A stretch of 64,000 nt of DNA from an uncultured candidate division Zixibacteria bacterium (GTDB lineage: Bacteria > Zixibacteria > MSB-5A5 > GN15 > PGXB01): contig OY969724.1 of NCBI GenBank assembly GCA_963702205.1, positions 384,001 to 448,000 on the forward strand, in the 5' to 3' direction. A model generated the notes under the pieces. It did not search any database, was not told the DNA's origin, and saw only the letters and a program-made list of their open reading frames with translations. Below are positions 28,912 to 39,579 of this stretch, one piece after another. Numbering within the stretch: position 1 is the stretch's first letter; every line of letters begins with the position of its first letter. The translations under genes and the position numbers were made by a program.

Positions 28912-31209
28912 ATGATTATGAAATACCTCTGGAAAATAAGATTATGCCTCCTGATCCCGATTTTGATCGGGACAGCCCGGCCATCCGAATCGGCGGAAAT
29001 ATCCGGCCGCGTTATGGACCGCCAAAATCGGCCGATTATCGCCGCGACGATTGCCGCAATGCAAGGTGACTCGGTCGTGGCCGGTACATTTACCGGCACC
29101 GATGGCTCGTACTCGATTTCACTGGCCAATGCACCGGAATCGGAGTATCATTTGGTCGTTTCCTCGGTGGGGTATTCATCTCAGACATTAAACCCCGATT
29201 TATCGTCCGATCATTCAGACATAATCATTCATCTCGATGAAAAACCTATCGACGTCGGGCTGATCAGGGTCAATCCCCAAAAGGAAATCGATAATTCCGA
29301 AACGGTGCTGACCGAAAATCGGGTTGAGCTGATGGCCCAACGTTCGCTGGTGCCGTCGAATCCTATCGCCGCCATCCGGCAGCCGCAGGCGGTCCGGCAG
29401 GGCTCGGGGCATTCATCGAAAATCCGTCTCAACGGCACCAACCCCGACTATTATCTTAATGGCATCAATATCGGGCACGACCCGAATCACTACGGCATGT
29501 TTTCGATTCTTCCGGCCTCGGTGGTCGACGCCGTCTCGCTGATGCCGCAGGGGACCGAAGCCAGATATCGCCTCCCCACGGTCTTCGCCCTGAGCACCAA
29601 AAGCCCATTTAACAGCGGCAGCAGAGCCACGGTCAGTCTGTCTACCGTGGAAGCCACCGCTACATATTCCTATGGCAACCACAACTTTTTCATCCTCGGA
29701 TCGCTCCGCAAATCGGTTCTGGATAAGCTTATCGATAATTTCAAAATGGAAACCGACAAGATGACGATTCCGCCGACCAACTTTCAGGACGTGTACTTCT
29801 CGTCGGGATTGAGACTGACCCCGGATATGGAACTGACAGTCGATTGTTATCAGATTCGCGATTTCCTGAGTCTCAAAACGCCCGAAACGGGCTCGAATTC
29901 GTCCGGCATAAAATCGGCCCAGAATATGAAAGAATCTTATCTCGGCTCCCGCTTCAAATTCGTTTCGGGCCGGGCCCTTTTCTCCGCCCGACTCGCCGCT
30001 AAAATAGGGACCGAACAGTACGGCGCCCTGCCGGTGAAATCTTCGGAAGTTGCTGGTTTCAACGTCGACCTCAGGGCCTCACACACGAAATACATCGGCG
30101 GTCTCGACCTGACATTTTTCTTCGACGGAATTGAAATTAACGGCGGCGCGGAATACAGTGCTATACCCGACCGGACTATCGATCTCGATCAGGTTAACTG
30201 GAATTTCCTTCCGCCCGACGCCAACAGCGATAAGCCGTTCGTGTATCAAATCGAACTTAACCGGGCCTTCGGTTCGTACACTCTGCGCGACAGCGAGGAC
30301 AAAGCCGCCATATATACAAGCGGGCGCCTCACTCTGGGCAAACTGAACTGGGAGACGGGCCTGCGCGGCGAGCGATTCGGAAGACTGCGCGATGGGCAAA
30401 CTATCGCCGTCAGAAACCGGCTGGGCTATAACTTCTCTCGACGAACCGAACTGGAATTTTTTATGGGTACATTCTACGAAAGCCCGTCGGGCAAAATTCT
30501 CGATCCGTATCAGGTGCTTGTCCGATACAACCTGTCAGACCTGAAGCCGATCGAAACGAACCTCTACTCCCTGACCTTCAGGGTCGGGCCGTGTCGTCTG
30601 GGAGCCTTCCGCAAAGAAATATCGCGCTTCCCGGTTGTCGATCCGGATTTCGATGCCGTCTCCAAAGACGGCTCCGTGTTAAAAGAGTTTTTCCGGATGA
30701 CCTCGTCGGGCAGAATGTCTTTTTATGGAGGCAATATCGAATTCGACCTGCACCGTTTCCCGCTGAGTCGGTCCGATATTTATGCCTCCTACGGCTACAC
30801 GCGCGCCTCGAACACGTACGAAACCGTGACGATACCATACGAACTCAACGCTGAACATAAGTTTTATATGCAGACCAATTATTCTTTGAGCCATACCGTC
30901 TCGATCGGGACCGACATCAACCTCCGCTCGGGGTTTCCATACACGCCTTTTAAAACCATCCACAGCATCGATAATGCCGACCGGTACAACAAAGTCTATT
31001 ATGAAAACAGCATCGTGACGGAAAACTCGGAGAGCTTCCCGACCTATTTCTCACTGGGCCTGTATTCGGAATTTCAACTGGGGCGGCTCGAAATTCATGC
31101 CGCGATATCGAACGTAACCAGCCACGATAACCCGATTGTCAACACGGCCGACGGCTATATTTACGATGCCGGGATTTTGCCGGTGGTCGGCGTGAAGTAC
31201 ACTTTTTAG
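28912..31209 (+). CDS. TonB-dependent-receptor-like outer membrane protein with N-terminal carboxypeptidase-regulatory-like domain
   Basis: Signal peptide; ISGRVMD...PIIAATI...GTDGSYSI...VSSVGY; plug-like YYLNGI..HYGMFSI; beta-barrel-like C-terminus ending GVKYTF. Confidence 0.7.
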   Translation: MIMKYLWKIRLCLLIPILIGTARPSESAEISGRVMDRQNRPIIAATIAAMQGDSVVAGTFTGTDGSYSISLANAPESEYHLVVSSVGYSSQTLNPDLSSDHSDIIIHLDEKPIDVGLIRVNPQKEIDNSETVLTENRVELMAQRSLVPSNPIAAIRQPQAVRQGSGHSSKIRLNGTNPDYYLNGINIGHDPNHYGMFSILPASVVDAVSLMPQGTEARYRLPTVFALSTKSPFNSGSRATVSLSTVEATATYSYGNHNFFILGSLRKSVLDKLIDNFKMETDKMTIPPTNFQDVYFSSGLRLTPDMELTVDCYQIRDFLSLKTPETGSNSSGIKSAQNMKESYLGSRFKFVSGRALFSARLAAKIGTEQYGALPVKSSEVAGFNVDLRASHTKYIGGLDLTFFFDGIEINGGAEYSAIPDRTIDLDQVNWNFLPPDANSDKPFVYQIELNRAFGSYTLRDSEDKAAIYTSGRLTLGKLNWETGLRGERFGRLRDGQTIAVRNRLGYNFSRRTELEFFMGTFYESPSGKILDPYQVLVRYNLSDLKPIETNLYSLTFRVGPCRLGAFRKEISRFPVVDPDFDAVSKDGSVLKEFFRMTSSGRMSFYGGNIEFDLHRFPLSRSDIYASYGYTRASNTYETVTIPYELNAEHKFYMQTNYSLSHTVSIGTDINLRSGFPYTPFKTIHSIDNADRYNKVYYENSIVTENSESFPTYFSLGLYSEFQLGRLEIHAAISNVTSHDNPIVNTADGYIYDAGILPVVGVKYTF

Positions 31210-32000
31210 AATTTACCGTTCAGGATATCGATCATCTGCCTGTGAATCCGGCCGTTCGAGGCCAGGATATATCTATCGTAAATGGAATATTTCGAACCAT
31301 TGAAAGAGGTCACCCTGCCCCCGGCTTCCTTCACTATCAGCGATCCGGCCGCGCTGTCCCAGGGATGAAGTTTCAACTCCCAGAAACCATCGAACCGTCC
31401 GCAGGCGAGATACGCCAGATCGAGCGCCGCCGATCCGGCCCGCCTTATGGCCCGGGCGCGCTTGATGAATCGCCGGAAAAATTTCAGGTTGTCTTCCGAC
31501 GAGGTGCCTATATCGTACGGGAACCCCGTCGCCAGAAGTGACTTTTCCAGCCTGGTCTTGTCCGAAACCCGGATAACTTTTCTGTTGAGACGTGCTCCAC
31601 CGCCTTGGACCGCTTCGAACATCTCGGACCGATCGGGATCGAAAATAGTCCCGGCAATAATCTTTCCCTGATACTCGCACCCGATTGAAACACAGTAGAA
31701 CGGGAAGTTATGCGCAAAATTCGTGGTGCCGTCGAGCGGATCGACCACCCATTTGAATTCCGAGCCGTTGTCGACCGATGAACCCTCTTCGGCGAGAATG
31801 GAATGTTCCTGAAATTTTTTTGTTATCGCTTTAATGATATATTTTTCCGAAGCCAGATCGGCGTCGGTGACCAGATCGACCCGGCCTTTGAGAGACACTT
31901 TGTGTCTTTTATTTGACTTGGAAAGCAATATCTTCCCGGCATCGGCCGCGGTCTTTATCGCGAAATCGTGTATTTCTTTCAGATATTTTTTTGACAGCAC
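31206..32000 (-). CDS. suhB: Inositol monophosphatase
   Basis: DLVTDAD, WVVDPLDGTTNFAH, GSAALDL, WDSAAG. Start taken at GTG 32000. Confidence 0.93.
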   Translation of the reverse strand: MLSKKYLKEIHDFAIKTAADAGKILLSKSNKRHKVSLKGRVDLVTDADLASEKYIIKAITKKFQEHSILAEEGSSVDNGSEFKWVVDPLDGTTNFAHNFPFYCVSIGCEYQGKIIAGTIFDPDRSEMFEAVQGGGARLNRKVIRVSDKTRLEKSLLATGFPYDIGTSSEDNLKFFRRFIKRARAIRRAGSAALDLAYLACGRFDGFWELKLHPWDSAAGSLIVKEAGGRVTSFNGSKYSIYDRYILASNGRIHRQMIDILNGKF

Positions 32001-32007
32001 GCTCGCT

Positions 32008-33801
32008 TTACCCCGTCGCCTTGATTTCATCCTGCTTGAACTGCATCTGGTACAGCTTGTAATAGATACCGCGATTGTCCAGAAGCTCGTGGTGGGTCCC
32101 GATTTCGCGAATCTGCCCGTGGTGCAGAACAATGATCTTATCGGCCTTTTCGATAGTCGAAAGACGGTGGGCGATAATTATCGCGGTACGGTTTTCGAGC
32201 AGACGGTCGAGGGCCTTTTGGATGAGCTTTTCGGTGGCCGTATCGACTGAGCTGGTGGCTTCATCGAGCACGAGAATATTCGGATCGAAAGCCAGCGCCC
32301 TCGCGAAAGACAACAACTGCTTCTGCCCGGTCGAGAGTGTCGCCCCGCGCTCTTTGACTTCGGCATGAATGCCATTCTCGACATTTTTGATAAAATCGTA
32401 CAGACTGACCCGCTCCAGCGCCGATACAATCTGCTCGTCGCTGATTTTCTCGTCGCCCAGCCTGATATTCCCGGCATAGTCGCCGGAGAAAATGAAGACA
32501 TCCTGCATAACCAGCCCCAACTGTGCCCTGAGCGTCTCCACCGGAAGGGCCGCTATATCGATCCCGTCGAGCTTTATGGCACCTTTTTGATAATCATAAA
32601 AACGGAAAAGCAGCGACATCAGCGAGGTTTTGCCCGCCCCGGTCGCCCCAACAATGGCCACTTTTTCACCGGGATTGACCGTAAACGAAACGTCTTTCAA
32701 AACGAATTCGTTGTCGTCGTATGAAAACCAGACATTTTCGAACTCGATCTTGCCTTTGAATTCGGGCGGTATCGTCGTCGTTTCCTTTTGATTCAATACC
32801 GGCTGCGTGTCCAACAGACGGAAAATCCGCTCCGATGATGCCATCGATGACTGCAAAATGTTATATTTTTCGGCCAGGTCGCGGATCGGATGATAAAACC
32901 GTTGAACCAGCTGAATAAATGCAACCAGCTCTCCGAAAGTCAATATCCCGGCTTCGATCTGGGAGCCGCCATAATAGATAAGAATCGCCAGGGACAGCGA
33001 ACTGATAATTTCAACAACCGGGAAAAAGGCGGCATAATAATAAATCGAGCGGAGGTGGGCGTCCATCAACTGTTCATTTATTGTGGAAAACTTGTCGAAA
33101 ACCTTGTTTTCGCGTGTGAATAACTGAATTATGGTCATTCCAGTGACATGTTCCTGTGTGAAGGCGTTCAATCGTGCTAATCTGGTCCTGATATCGCGGT
33201 ATAAGGTCCGGACTTTTTTACGGAAAACGGCGGTCGCCCAGACCAGAAGCGGCAAAACGATCAAAGTTAGCAGAGCCAGTTTCCAGTTGTAATAAACCAG
33301 GGCTATGATAATGCCCACCAGCGTGATAACGTCGCCGAAAACCTCGACCAATCCCGATGAAAACAGTTCATCGAGAACGTTGACGTCGTTGGTGGCCCTC
33401 GTAACCAGCCGCCCGACCGGATTTTTGTCGAAAAAGCCCAAATGAAGTTTCTGAAGATGCTTGAATATCTGCATACGGATATCATACTGGACCTTCTGCC
33501 CGATATACAGGGTCATATACAGCTGTATATAGGTCAGGAAGAAGGCCGCTATCAGAATGCCGCCGTAAAAAAGCGCGATCCGCCCCAGCCCGCCGAGGTC
33601 CTTGTTCATCAGGTATTTATCAATACCGATCTGGACCGTAATCGGCAGCAAAAGCTGCAGAAGCGACCCGGCAATTAGAAGTATCGTGGCGATAGTCAGC
33701 GTCTTGCGGTATGGCCGGACATAAGTCAGAAGCCGCTTCATCAACCGCGAATCATAGGCCTTACCCAAAACTTCTTCTTCGTGATAGCTTTCGGCCGCCA
33801 T
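32008..33801 (-). CDS. ABC exporter, fused permease/ATPase (heterodimer subunit 2)
   Basis: MAAESYHEEEVLGKAYD; GATGAGKT, LSTGQKQ, LDEATS, IAHRLST. Confidence 0.93.
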   Translation of the reverse strand: MAAESYHEEEVLGKAYDSRLMKRLLTYVRPYRKTLTIATILLIAGSLLQLLLPITVQIGIDKYLMNKDLGGLGRIALFYGGILIAAFFLTYIQLYMTLYIGQKVQYDIRMQIFKHLQKLHLGFFDKNPVGRLVTRATNDVNVLDELFSSGLVEVFGDVITLVGIIIALVYYNWKLALLTLIVLPLLVWATAVFRKKVRTLYRDIRTRLARLNAFTQEHVTGMTIIQLFTRENKVFDKFSTINEQLMDAHLRSIYYYAAFFPVVEIISSLSLAILIYYGGSQIEAGILTFGELVAFIQLVQRFYHPIRDLAEKYNILQSSMASSERIFRLLDTQPVLNQKETTTIPPEFKGKIEFENVWFSYDDNEFVLKDVSFTVNPGEKVAIVGATGAGKTSLMSLLFRFYDYQKGAIKLDGIDIAALPVETLRAQLGLVMQDVFIFSGDYAGNIRLGDEKISDEQIVSALERVSLYDFIKNVENGIHAEVKERGATLSTGQKQLLSFARALAFDPNILVLDEATSSVDTATEKLIQKALDRLLENRTAIIIAHRLSTIEKADKIIVLHHGQIREIGTHHELLDNRGIYYKLYQMQFKQDEIKATG

Positions 33802-33802
33802 T

Positions 33803-35572
33803 TTACATATTCTCCAGTTCTTCTTCGAGCAGCTGCGTCTTGTAAAGCCGGGCGTAGAACCCGTCGCGGGCCAGCAGCTCGTCGTGCGTGCCCGTTTCGG
33901 CAATACTCCCGTTGTTCATATAAATGACCATGTCGGCGTCTTTTACCGCCGAAATACGATGCGATATGACAATCGACGTCCTCCGAGCCAGCTCATCTTT
34001 GAGGTACATATTGATCAGGTGCTCCGTCTCGGTGTCGACCGCACTGGTGGCGTCGTCGAGAATCAAAATCCTCGGGTCGGACGCAATCGCCCGGGCAATC
34101 GCGACCCTCTGTTTCTGACCGCCGGACAGGTTTATTCCGCGCTCACCCAGAATCGTATCGTAATTTTCCGGGAATGACTCGATTTCATTGTCGATGGCCG
34201 AAACCGAGGCCGCCTGGCGGATCAACTCCGAATCGACTTTTTCGGCGCCGAACCCGATATTGTTTTCAATCGTGTCGGAAAACAGAAACGCCTCCTGCGT
34301 CACGAAGCCGATTTGATTGCGGAGTGCCGACAGGTCCCAGTCGTTTATATCTATGCCGTCGATAAATAACTGCCCCCGATTTATGGGATAAAGCCGACTT
34401 AAAAGCGAAACCAGGGTGGTCTTGCCCGACGCCGTCGGTCCCACCATACCGACGGTCATACCCGGTTCGATGGTCAGGTTGATTCCATTGAGCACTGTAG
34501 TGCCGTTATACGCGAAATTAAGCTTTTTGAATTCAATCAGGCCGTTGATACTATCTTTCTTGTGCGCGTTTTCGATGGAATAAACCATCGGTTCGGTATG
34601 GAAAATATTATTGAGCCGATCCAGCGACGCCTTCCCGCGCTGGTACAACGACACCACCCAGCCCAGCGCGATCACCGGCCAGATCAACAGCGCCAGGTAC
34701 GCGAAAAAAGCCACCATGGTCCCCAGACTGATATCACCGGTTATGACCTTGCTGCCGCCAAAATACAGAACCATCAAAGTCGCCGACCCGGCCAGCATGA
34801 ACATCAAGGGATAAAACAGCCCGAAGATTTTGATACGTTCCATATTGAGGTCGATATATTTTTGACTGTGGCGGGCAAAATCCTTAATTTCGTTGTCTTC
34901 GCGTCCGTACGCCCGGATCACCCGCACCCCGGCCAGATTTTCCTGCACCTTGGCCGTCAGCACCGAAAAATACTCCTGCACCTTGGCGAATTTCTTGTGA
35001 AGGATATTGCCCAGCTTGGTGACGATAAACGAAAGAATCGGCATCGGGATCAGGGCGTAAAACGTCAGTTCTGTGGACAGACTGAGCATCATGGCCAGAC
35101 CGGCTATACCAACCACGATAGTATTGGACAGGTGCATGACGCCCGGTCCGATCATCATACGGACGGCCTCGATGTCGTTGGTAGCGCGGGCCATAATATC
35201 GCCGGTTTTGGTGTTATGGTAGAAGGTCGGATTCAATTTCAGCAGGTGCTCGAACAGGTCCGAACGAAGATTGGCCTCGATCAAGCGCGAGGACCAGATA
35301 ACGGTACGGCGCGTCCAGAAACGGAAAACCCCGGAAAGGATGGAAAAACCGACAATAAGCAAGGCATATAGCCACAGATCGGAAACCGGAGTCTTCTGCT
35401 CCAGCCGGTCAAACGCCAGTTTCAGAATATAGGGATTTACAAGAAACAGGACGTTGGCGCCGACAATAGCAATGCTTCCGGCAAAATAATAGCGCCGGTA
35501 TTTTTTAACATACCCGTAGATCCGCTCCATGCGCCGGTTTTTTGTATTATTTTTTTGACCGTTTCCGTTCAT
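33803..35572 (-). CDS. ABC exporter, fused permease/ATPase (heterodimer subunit 1, degenerate Walker B)
   Basis: GPTASGKT, LSGGQKQR, ILDDATS (E to D), SHRIS. Confidence 0.93.
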   Translation of the reverse strand: MNGNGQKNNTKNRRMERIYGYVKKYRRYYFAGSIAIVGANVLFLVNPYILKLAFDRLEQKTPVSDLWLYALLIVGFSILSGVFRFWTRRTVIWSSRLIEANLRSDLFEHLLKLNPTFYHNTKTGDIMARATNDIEAVRMMIGPGVMHLSNTIVVGIAGLAMMLSLSTELTFYALIPMPILSFIVTKLGNILHKKFAKVQEYFSVLTAKVQENLAGVRVIRAYGREDNEIKDFARHSQKYIDLNMERIKIFGLFYPLMFMLAGSATLMVLYFGGSKVITGDISLGTMVAFFAYLALLIWPVIALGWVVSLYQRGKASLDRLNNIFHTEPMVYSIENAHKKDSINGLIEFKKLNFAYNGTTVLNGINLTIEPGMTVGMVGPTASGKTTLVSLLSRLYPINRGQLFIDGIDINDWDLSALRNQIGFVTQEAFLFSDTIENNIGFGAEKVDSELIRQAASVSAIDNEIESFPENYDTILGERGINLSGGQKQRVAIARAIASDPRILILDDATSAVDTETEHLINMYLKDELARRTSIVISHRISAVKDADMVIYMNNGSIAETGTHDELLARDGFYARLYKTQLLEEELENM

Positions 35573-35627
35573 AGTTAAGCCTTAAAACACGGCCTTTTGC
35601 AGGCGGTTCCGAATCTTGTAATATAAG

Positions 35628-37841
35628 TTATTTGTGAGAAAAATTGATCAAATTCGCTAAAAATTCGACTCCAATCGGCTCCAGATCGGCAAACATATCC
35701 AAAACCGGGAAACCGCAATAAATCAAATGCCCCGAGCCGATATCGGTCCGGCTCAACAGGCTCATATTGGCCCCGGCGGAAATTATCGTCTCGCCGGGGA
35801 AAACCCGGGCGGGATTCGAACGATAGGCCTCCTTGACGGCGCTGATAAGGTAGGTCGGGTTGGTCTTATACGTATTATTGAAAAGCGGATCTTTGGCCGA
35901 ACCGGTCAGCCTGGCGTCGCGCGAATCGAGATTGTTCTCGACCGGCAGAATCGAAACCGGAAGAGAACCATCGGGCCACTTTTCGCTCTGCCCGAAGACG
36001 ATGACCGTCCCGCCAAATTCCATATAGCGGTTGAGCTTATCGCTGAGTTTCTTAAGCGACGGATATTTTTCAAAGCAATCGGTATCCATTAATAAAATGT
36101 CATAAGCACCGAGATATCCGGTTTCGAGAAACCGATCCGAGATGGTCTGGTAACCGGCACCGGTCATGCGCAGGATGTCTTCCAGACGCCCCTCCGGTCC
36201 GCCAATCAGGGCGATCCTGGAATTTTCGTTGACTTTGCACTCCTGTCCCAGTATATGCGCCTGGTCCCAGCCCAGAGTCCGGTCGCCTTCTTTGAGCGTC
36301 GCGATAATTTTATGCTTACGATTCCCGGCGCTTTTGCCGATCGCCACCGGAAGATTTATTTCGTATGAGCGGTCGCCGTCTTTCAGTGCGACCTTTTCCT
36401 GATAGGTCCCGACGTACACCCCGGGCGGGGTAACGAATTCCAGCACGGCGTCGGCCGTAAACGATTCCGGCTTTTCGATGAGCAGCTTCAGCTGGGTCAT
36501 TTCGACCAGCCGATCCACCCACTCCCCTTCGAACGGCCGGACCAGCCGAAACGACGGAACGAAAGAAAGCTTAATCGGATTTTCGCTCATTTCGATCAGG
36601 TCGCGCTTGAATGTCATGTACTGATCGTTGAAGATCAGCTCCCCTTCGATATAGAGCATATCGGACCGTGACGACGAATAATATTCGCTCGGCAGTGTGG
36701 CGGTGTAATCCCGCTTGACCGTCCGGTACGGCGGGATGGCGAAGCTCGACGTATCCAGAGTCGTTTCATAAAGGCCGGATTTGGTCGTCAGCTTGATGTG
36801 ACCGACTTTGTAACTCAAGGACCCGCCATTGGTACAGGTCGTGGAAATTTTCAGGATATCGCCCTCGGCGGTACTCATCATGTCGGCGCCGCCGTCAAAT
36901 CTGAAACCGGTTTCGTGCAAAATGGCGGAGACGGCTTTGTCGATCAGGCCGTCAATGTATTCCGGAAAATGTTCGCATTCCGCACCGCCGCCGGTCGGAC
37001 GATAATCGACCTTGACATTTTTAAGCTGTCCCAATGCGGCGATCATATACTCGATCCGGTGCTCATCGTTTCTCGCGGCGGCTTCGGCGAGGGCGGCCTC
37101 GTATTTTTCGGCGTAACCGGTTATTACGCTGCGCAGGGCGGAATTATTGACACAGGCATTGACGGCGTCGGCCAGCTTGTACGACGTTTCATCCGAAACG
37201 AACTTCCGCGACGCCGCCCCCCCGATTCGGAGACTGTCATCGGGACGGTACATCGTATATCCTTCGTAGCGCGAGCGGTCGAAATTATCACCGGTCAAAC
37301 GCACGGCCATTTGTTCTATGCGCTCTCCCGCCCGCTCGACATAGAACGCCGCATTGGCGAAAATCATCGCCTGGCTTTTATCCTCGGTGCGGTAGTACAT
37401 CGCCTTGACTTTGGAGATCGTCCCCGGCACGTCGGCATTGGCTTTGATATATTTCCCGATTGCCTGAAGCACTTCACCCGTTTTTCCTCCCGGCATCACG
37501 ACGACGTCGGGTGCGCGAAAACCGACAATCATACGAAAGGCCGAATCTATCATGGCGGCCGATGTGTCCGGGATCAGGCACCGCGACAAACCAATATCGT
37601 ACTGAGCGTCTTCGGTTATGTCATATTTAAAAGCCGGGCCGAGGGATATATTGGCCAGATCAATGCGGCACCCCTGCTCGGCGGCCAGATAATAAATCAG
37701 CGGCCAGTCGATTTCGTTGTCGTTTTCGTAGAAGCAGACAATTTTGACATCATTGAGCAGGCTGTTCAACGAGGCCGCCGCAACCGATGAGGCCATCGCC
37801 AGACAGAACAGTGCCGATATAATAAAAATCTTCTTCATCAT
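35628..37841 (-). CDS. Secreted hypothetical protein; architecture resembles long PIG-L/LmbE proteins with C-terminal class I GATase-like domain, N-terminus degenerate
   Basis: Signal peptide MMKKIFIISALF; FRAPDVVV; C-terminal LGAYDILLMD...LNRYMEFGGTVIVFGQ...IGSGHLIYCG...FLANLI. No HPDDE motif seen. Confidence 0.55.
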   Translation of the reverse strand: MMKKIFIISALFCLAMASSVAAASLNSLLNDVKIVCFYENDNEIDWPLIYYLAAEQGCRIDLANISLGPAFKYDITEDAQYDIGLSRCLIPDTSAAMIDSAFRMIVGFRAPDVVVMPGGKTGEVLQAIGKYIKANADVPGTISKVKAMYYRTEDKSQAMIFANAAFYVERAGERIEQMAVRLTGDNFDRSRYEGYTMYRPDDSLRIGGAASRKFVSDETSYKLADAVNACVNNSALRSVITGYAEKYEAALAEAAARNDEHRIEYMIAALGQLKNVKVDYRPTGGGAECEHFPEYIDGLIDKAVSAILHETGFRFDGGADMMSTAEGDILKISTTCTNGGSLSYKVGHIKLTTKSGLYETTLDTSSFAIPPYRTVKRDYTATLPSEYYSSSRSDMLYIEGELIFNDQYMTFKRDLIEMSENPIKLSFVPSFRLVRPFEGEWVDRLVEMTQLKLLIEKPESFTADAVLEFVTPPGVYVGTYQEKVALKDGDRSYEINLPVAIGKSAGNRKHKIIATLKEGDRTLGWDQAHILGQECKVNENSRIALIGGPEGRLEDILRMTGAGYQTISDRFLETGYLGAYDILLMDTDCFEKYPSLKKLSDKLNRYMEFGGTVIVFGQSEKWPDGSLPVSILPVENNLDSRDARLTGSAKDPLFNNTYKTNPTYLISAVKEAYRSNPARVFPGETIISAGANMSLLSRTDIGSGHLIYCGFPVLDMFADLEPIGVEFLANLINFSHK

Positions 37842-37876
37842 TTTGAATATAGACCGGGCCCGAATTTGTATCAAAT

Positions 37877-37905
37877 AAAAAAAGACCGCCGTGCGAGGCG
37901 GTCTT
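37877..37905 (-). terminator. Intrinsic terminator after etfB
   Basis: Minus strand AAGACCGCC-tcgcac-GGCGGTCTT followed by a T tract. Confidence 0.8.
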
Positions 37906-37926
37906 AAACTCGCAAACATATTTGTA

Positions 37927-38712
37927 TTACAAAACCTGATTTTCTTTGAGCTTGGTGTACAGCTTTTCGGCTATCTCCTCGGGCGTTTCACCTTCGATCA
38001 TCTCGCCTTTCTGACGCGGCGGAGGGGGAGAGACCTTTTCTATCTTCGTCAGAGAATTGGCGCCGATTCCGGCACCATCCAAACCCAGGTCGGCGGCACT
38101 CAGTCTATTGATCGGGGCCTTCTTGGCCGCCATCTTGCCTTTGAGCGACGGCAGTCTTGGTTCGTTGATTTCTTTCACGACCGACACCACCGCCGGAAGC
38201 GTCAATTCCACGACGTCATAGCCCTCTTCGGTCGTACGATACACGGTCGCCTTGCTGTCGTCAACCTGTTCGATCTTCTTGACGAACATCGCCTGCGGGA
38301 GTTCCAGATTAGCCGCCACGGCGCCGGGCACCTGAGCGGCATCATCGTCAATAGCCTGTTTCCCGGCCAGGACCAGGCTGTAATCGCCCAGTTTTTTCAG
38401 GGCCGCCGCCAGTATTTTGCCGATCGCCTGGGGATCGGATTTTTCGAAAAGCGGATCGCTGACCAGATACGCCTCATCGACACCCAGGGCCAGACAGGCA
38501 CGCAGGGCCGATTCGGCCCGGTCGGTTCCGACCGTAACGACGGTTACCTTCCCACCGTTTTTTTCTTTGATGCGCAGAGCTTCTTCGACCGCGTATTCAT
38601 CGAACGGATTGACCACCCCGGGACCCGACGGCAGGACCACCTGGTTGACCGCCGTGTCGACCTTTATCAGTTCAATTTCGGGAACTTGTTTAATCAGGAC
38701 TACTATATTCAC
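37927..38712 (-). CDS. etfB: Electron transfer flavoprotein beta subunit
   Basis: MNIVVLIKQVP, NPFDEYAVEEAL, GKQAIDDD, INEPRLPSLKG; GGAGG RBS. Confidence 0.96.
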   Translation of the reverse strand: MNIVVLIKQVPEIELIKVDTAVNQVVLPSGPGVVNPFDEYAVEEALRIKEKNGGKVTVVTVGTDRAESALRACLALGVDEAYLVSDPLFEKSDPQAIGKILAAALKKLGDYSLVLAGKQAIDDDAAQVPGAVAANLELPQAMFVKKIEQVDDSKATVYRTTEEGYDVVELTLPAVVSVVKEINEPRLPSLKGKMAAKKAPINRLSAADLGLDGAGIGANSLTKIEKVSPPPPRQKGEMIEGETPEEIAEKLYTKLKENQVL

Positions 38713-38796
38713 TATTCCTCCAGCCTGTCTGTTCTTTATCGAGGTTCATGATAATGAAATTCGCGCCGTCCGTCAACCGTTTCGGTTTTGGCGAGG

Positions 38797-39570
38797 CTAA
38801 TCTTCCTTTTCCGGCTGGCTGAGTTCCTCCAGCTTTTGAAGAGAATCGGCCGCGGCTTTTTGCTCGGCCTCTTTCTTGGTGGAACCTTCACCGATGCCGG
38901 TAATAACGCCTCCGGTATTCACGGCCACTTTGAACACCTTGGCATGGTCGGGACCGTTTTCGGAGATTACTTCATAGTACGGCGGACTTTCGCCGCGCGC
39001 CTGAAGGTATTCCAGCAGTTCACCTTTGTAATTACGCTGGTTTTCATCCGACACGATCTCTTCTTCGTTGGTCAGCAAAATGCGGTGGATGAAATCGCGG
39101 GCCGCTCCGAGACCGCCGTCGAGATAAATCGCCCCCACGATCGCTTCGAAAGCATCCGACGTAATCGAGGCTCGGTCGCGGCCTCCGGTTCGCTCTTCGT
39201 CGTCGGATAAGAATACGAATTCATTCAACCGAGAAGTCCTGGCAATACCCGCGAGAGCCGTTTCGTTGACCAAAAGCGCTTTGGTTTTGGTCAGTTCACC
39301 TTCGGCATAATCGGGATAGTGACGGTGAAGATATTCGGAAACGACTATACCGAGAACCGAATCACCTAAAAATTCGAGCCGTTCGTTGGAACGAGCGTGA
39401 TGATCGACGTTGCGAACGTAAGAGCGGTGGGTCAATGCCTCCCGCAGGTGAGCTACCGTTATGAATCGATAGCCGAAAGCATCGAAAAACGAATCGGCAA
39501 GACCGGTATCGGACGGGTCCGAACCGGCCGGTCGATAGAATATTTTTTTGATCGAATCAAACAGTCCCAC
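38797..39570 (-). CDS. rnc: Ribonuclease III
   Basis: ALTHRSY, NERLEFLGDSVL, DAFEAIVGAIYLD, C-terminal dsRBD (GPDH...KKEAEQKAA). Confidence 0.98.
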   Translation of the reverse strand: MGLFDSIKKIFYRPAGSDPSDTGLADSFFDAFGYRFITVAHLREALTHRSYVRNVDHHARSNERLEFLGDSVLGIVVSEYLHRHYPDYAEGELTKTKALLVNETALAGIARTSRLNEFVFLSDDEERTGGRDRASITSDAFEAIVGAIYLDGGLGAARDFIHRILLTNEEEIVSDENQRNYKGELLEYLQARGESPPYYEVISENGPDHAKVFKVAVNTGGVITGIGEGSTKKEAEQKAAADSLQKLEELSQPEKED

Positions 39571-39579
39571 AATCAGGTA

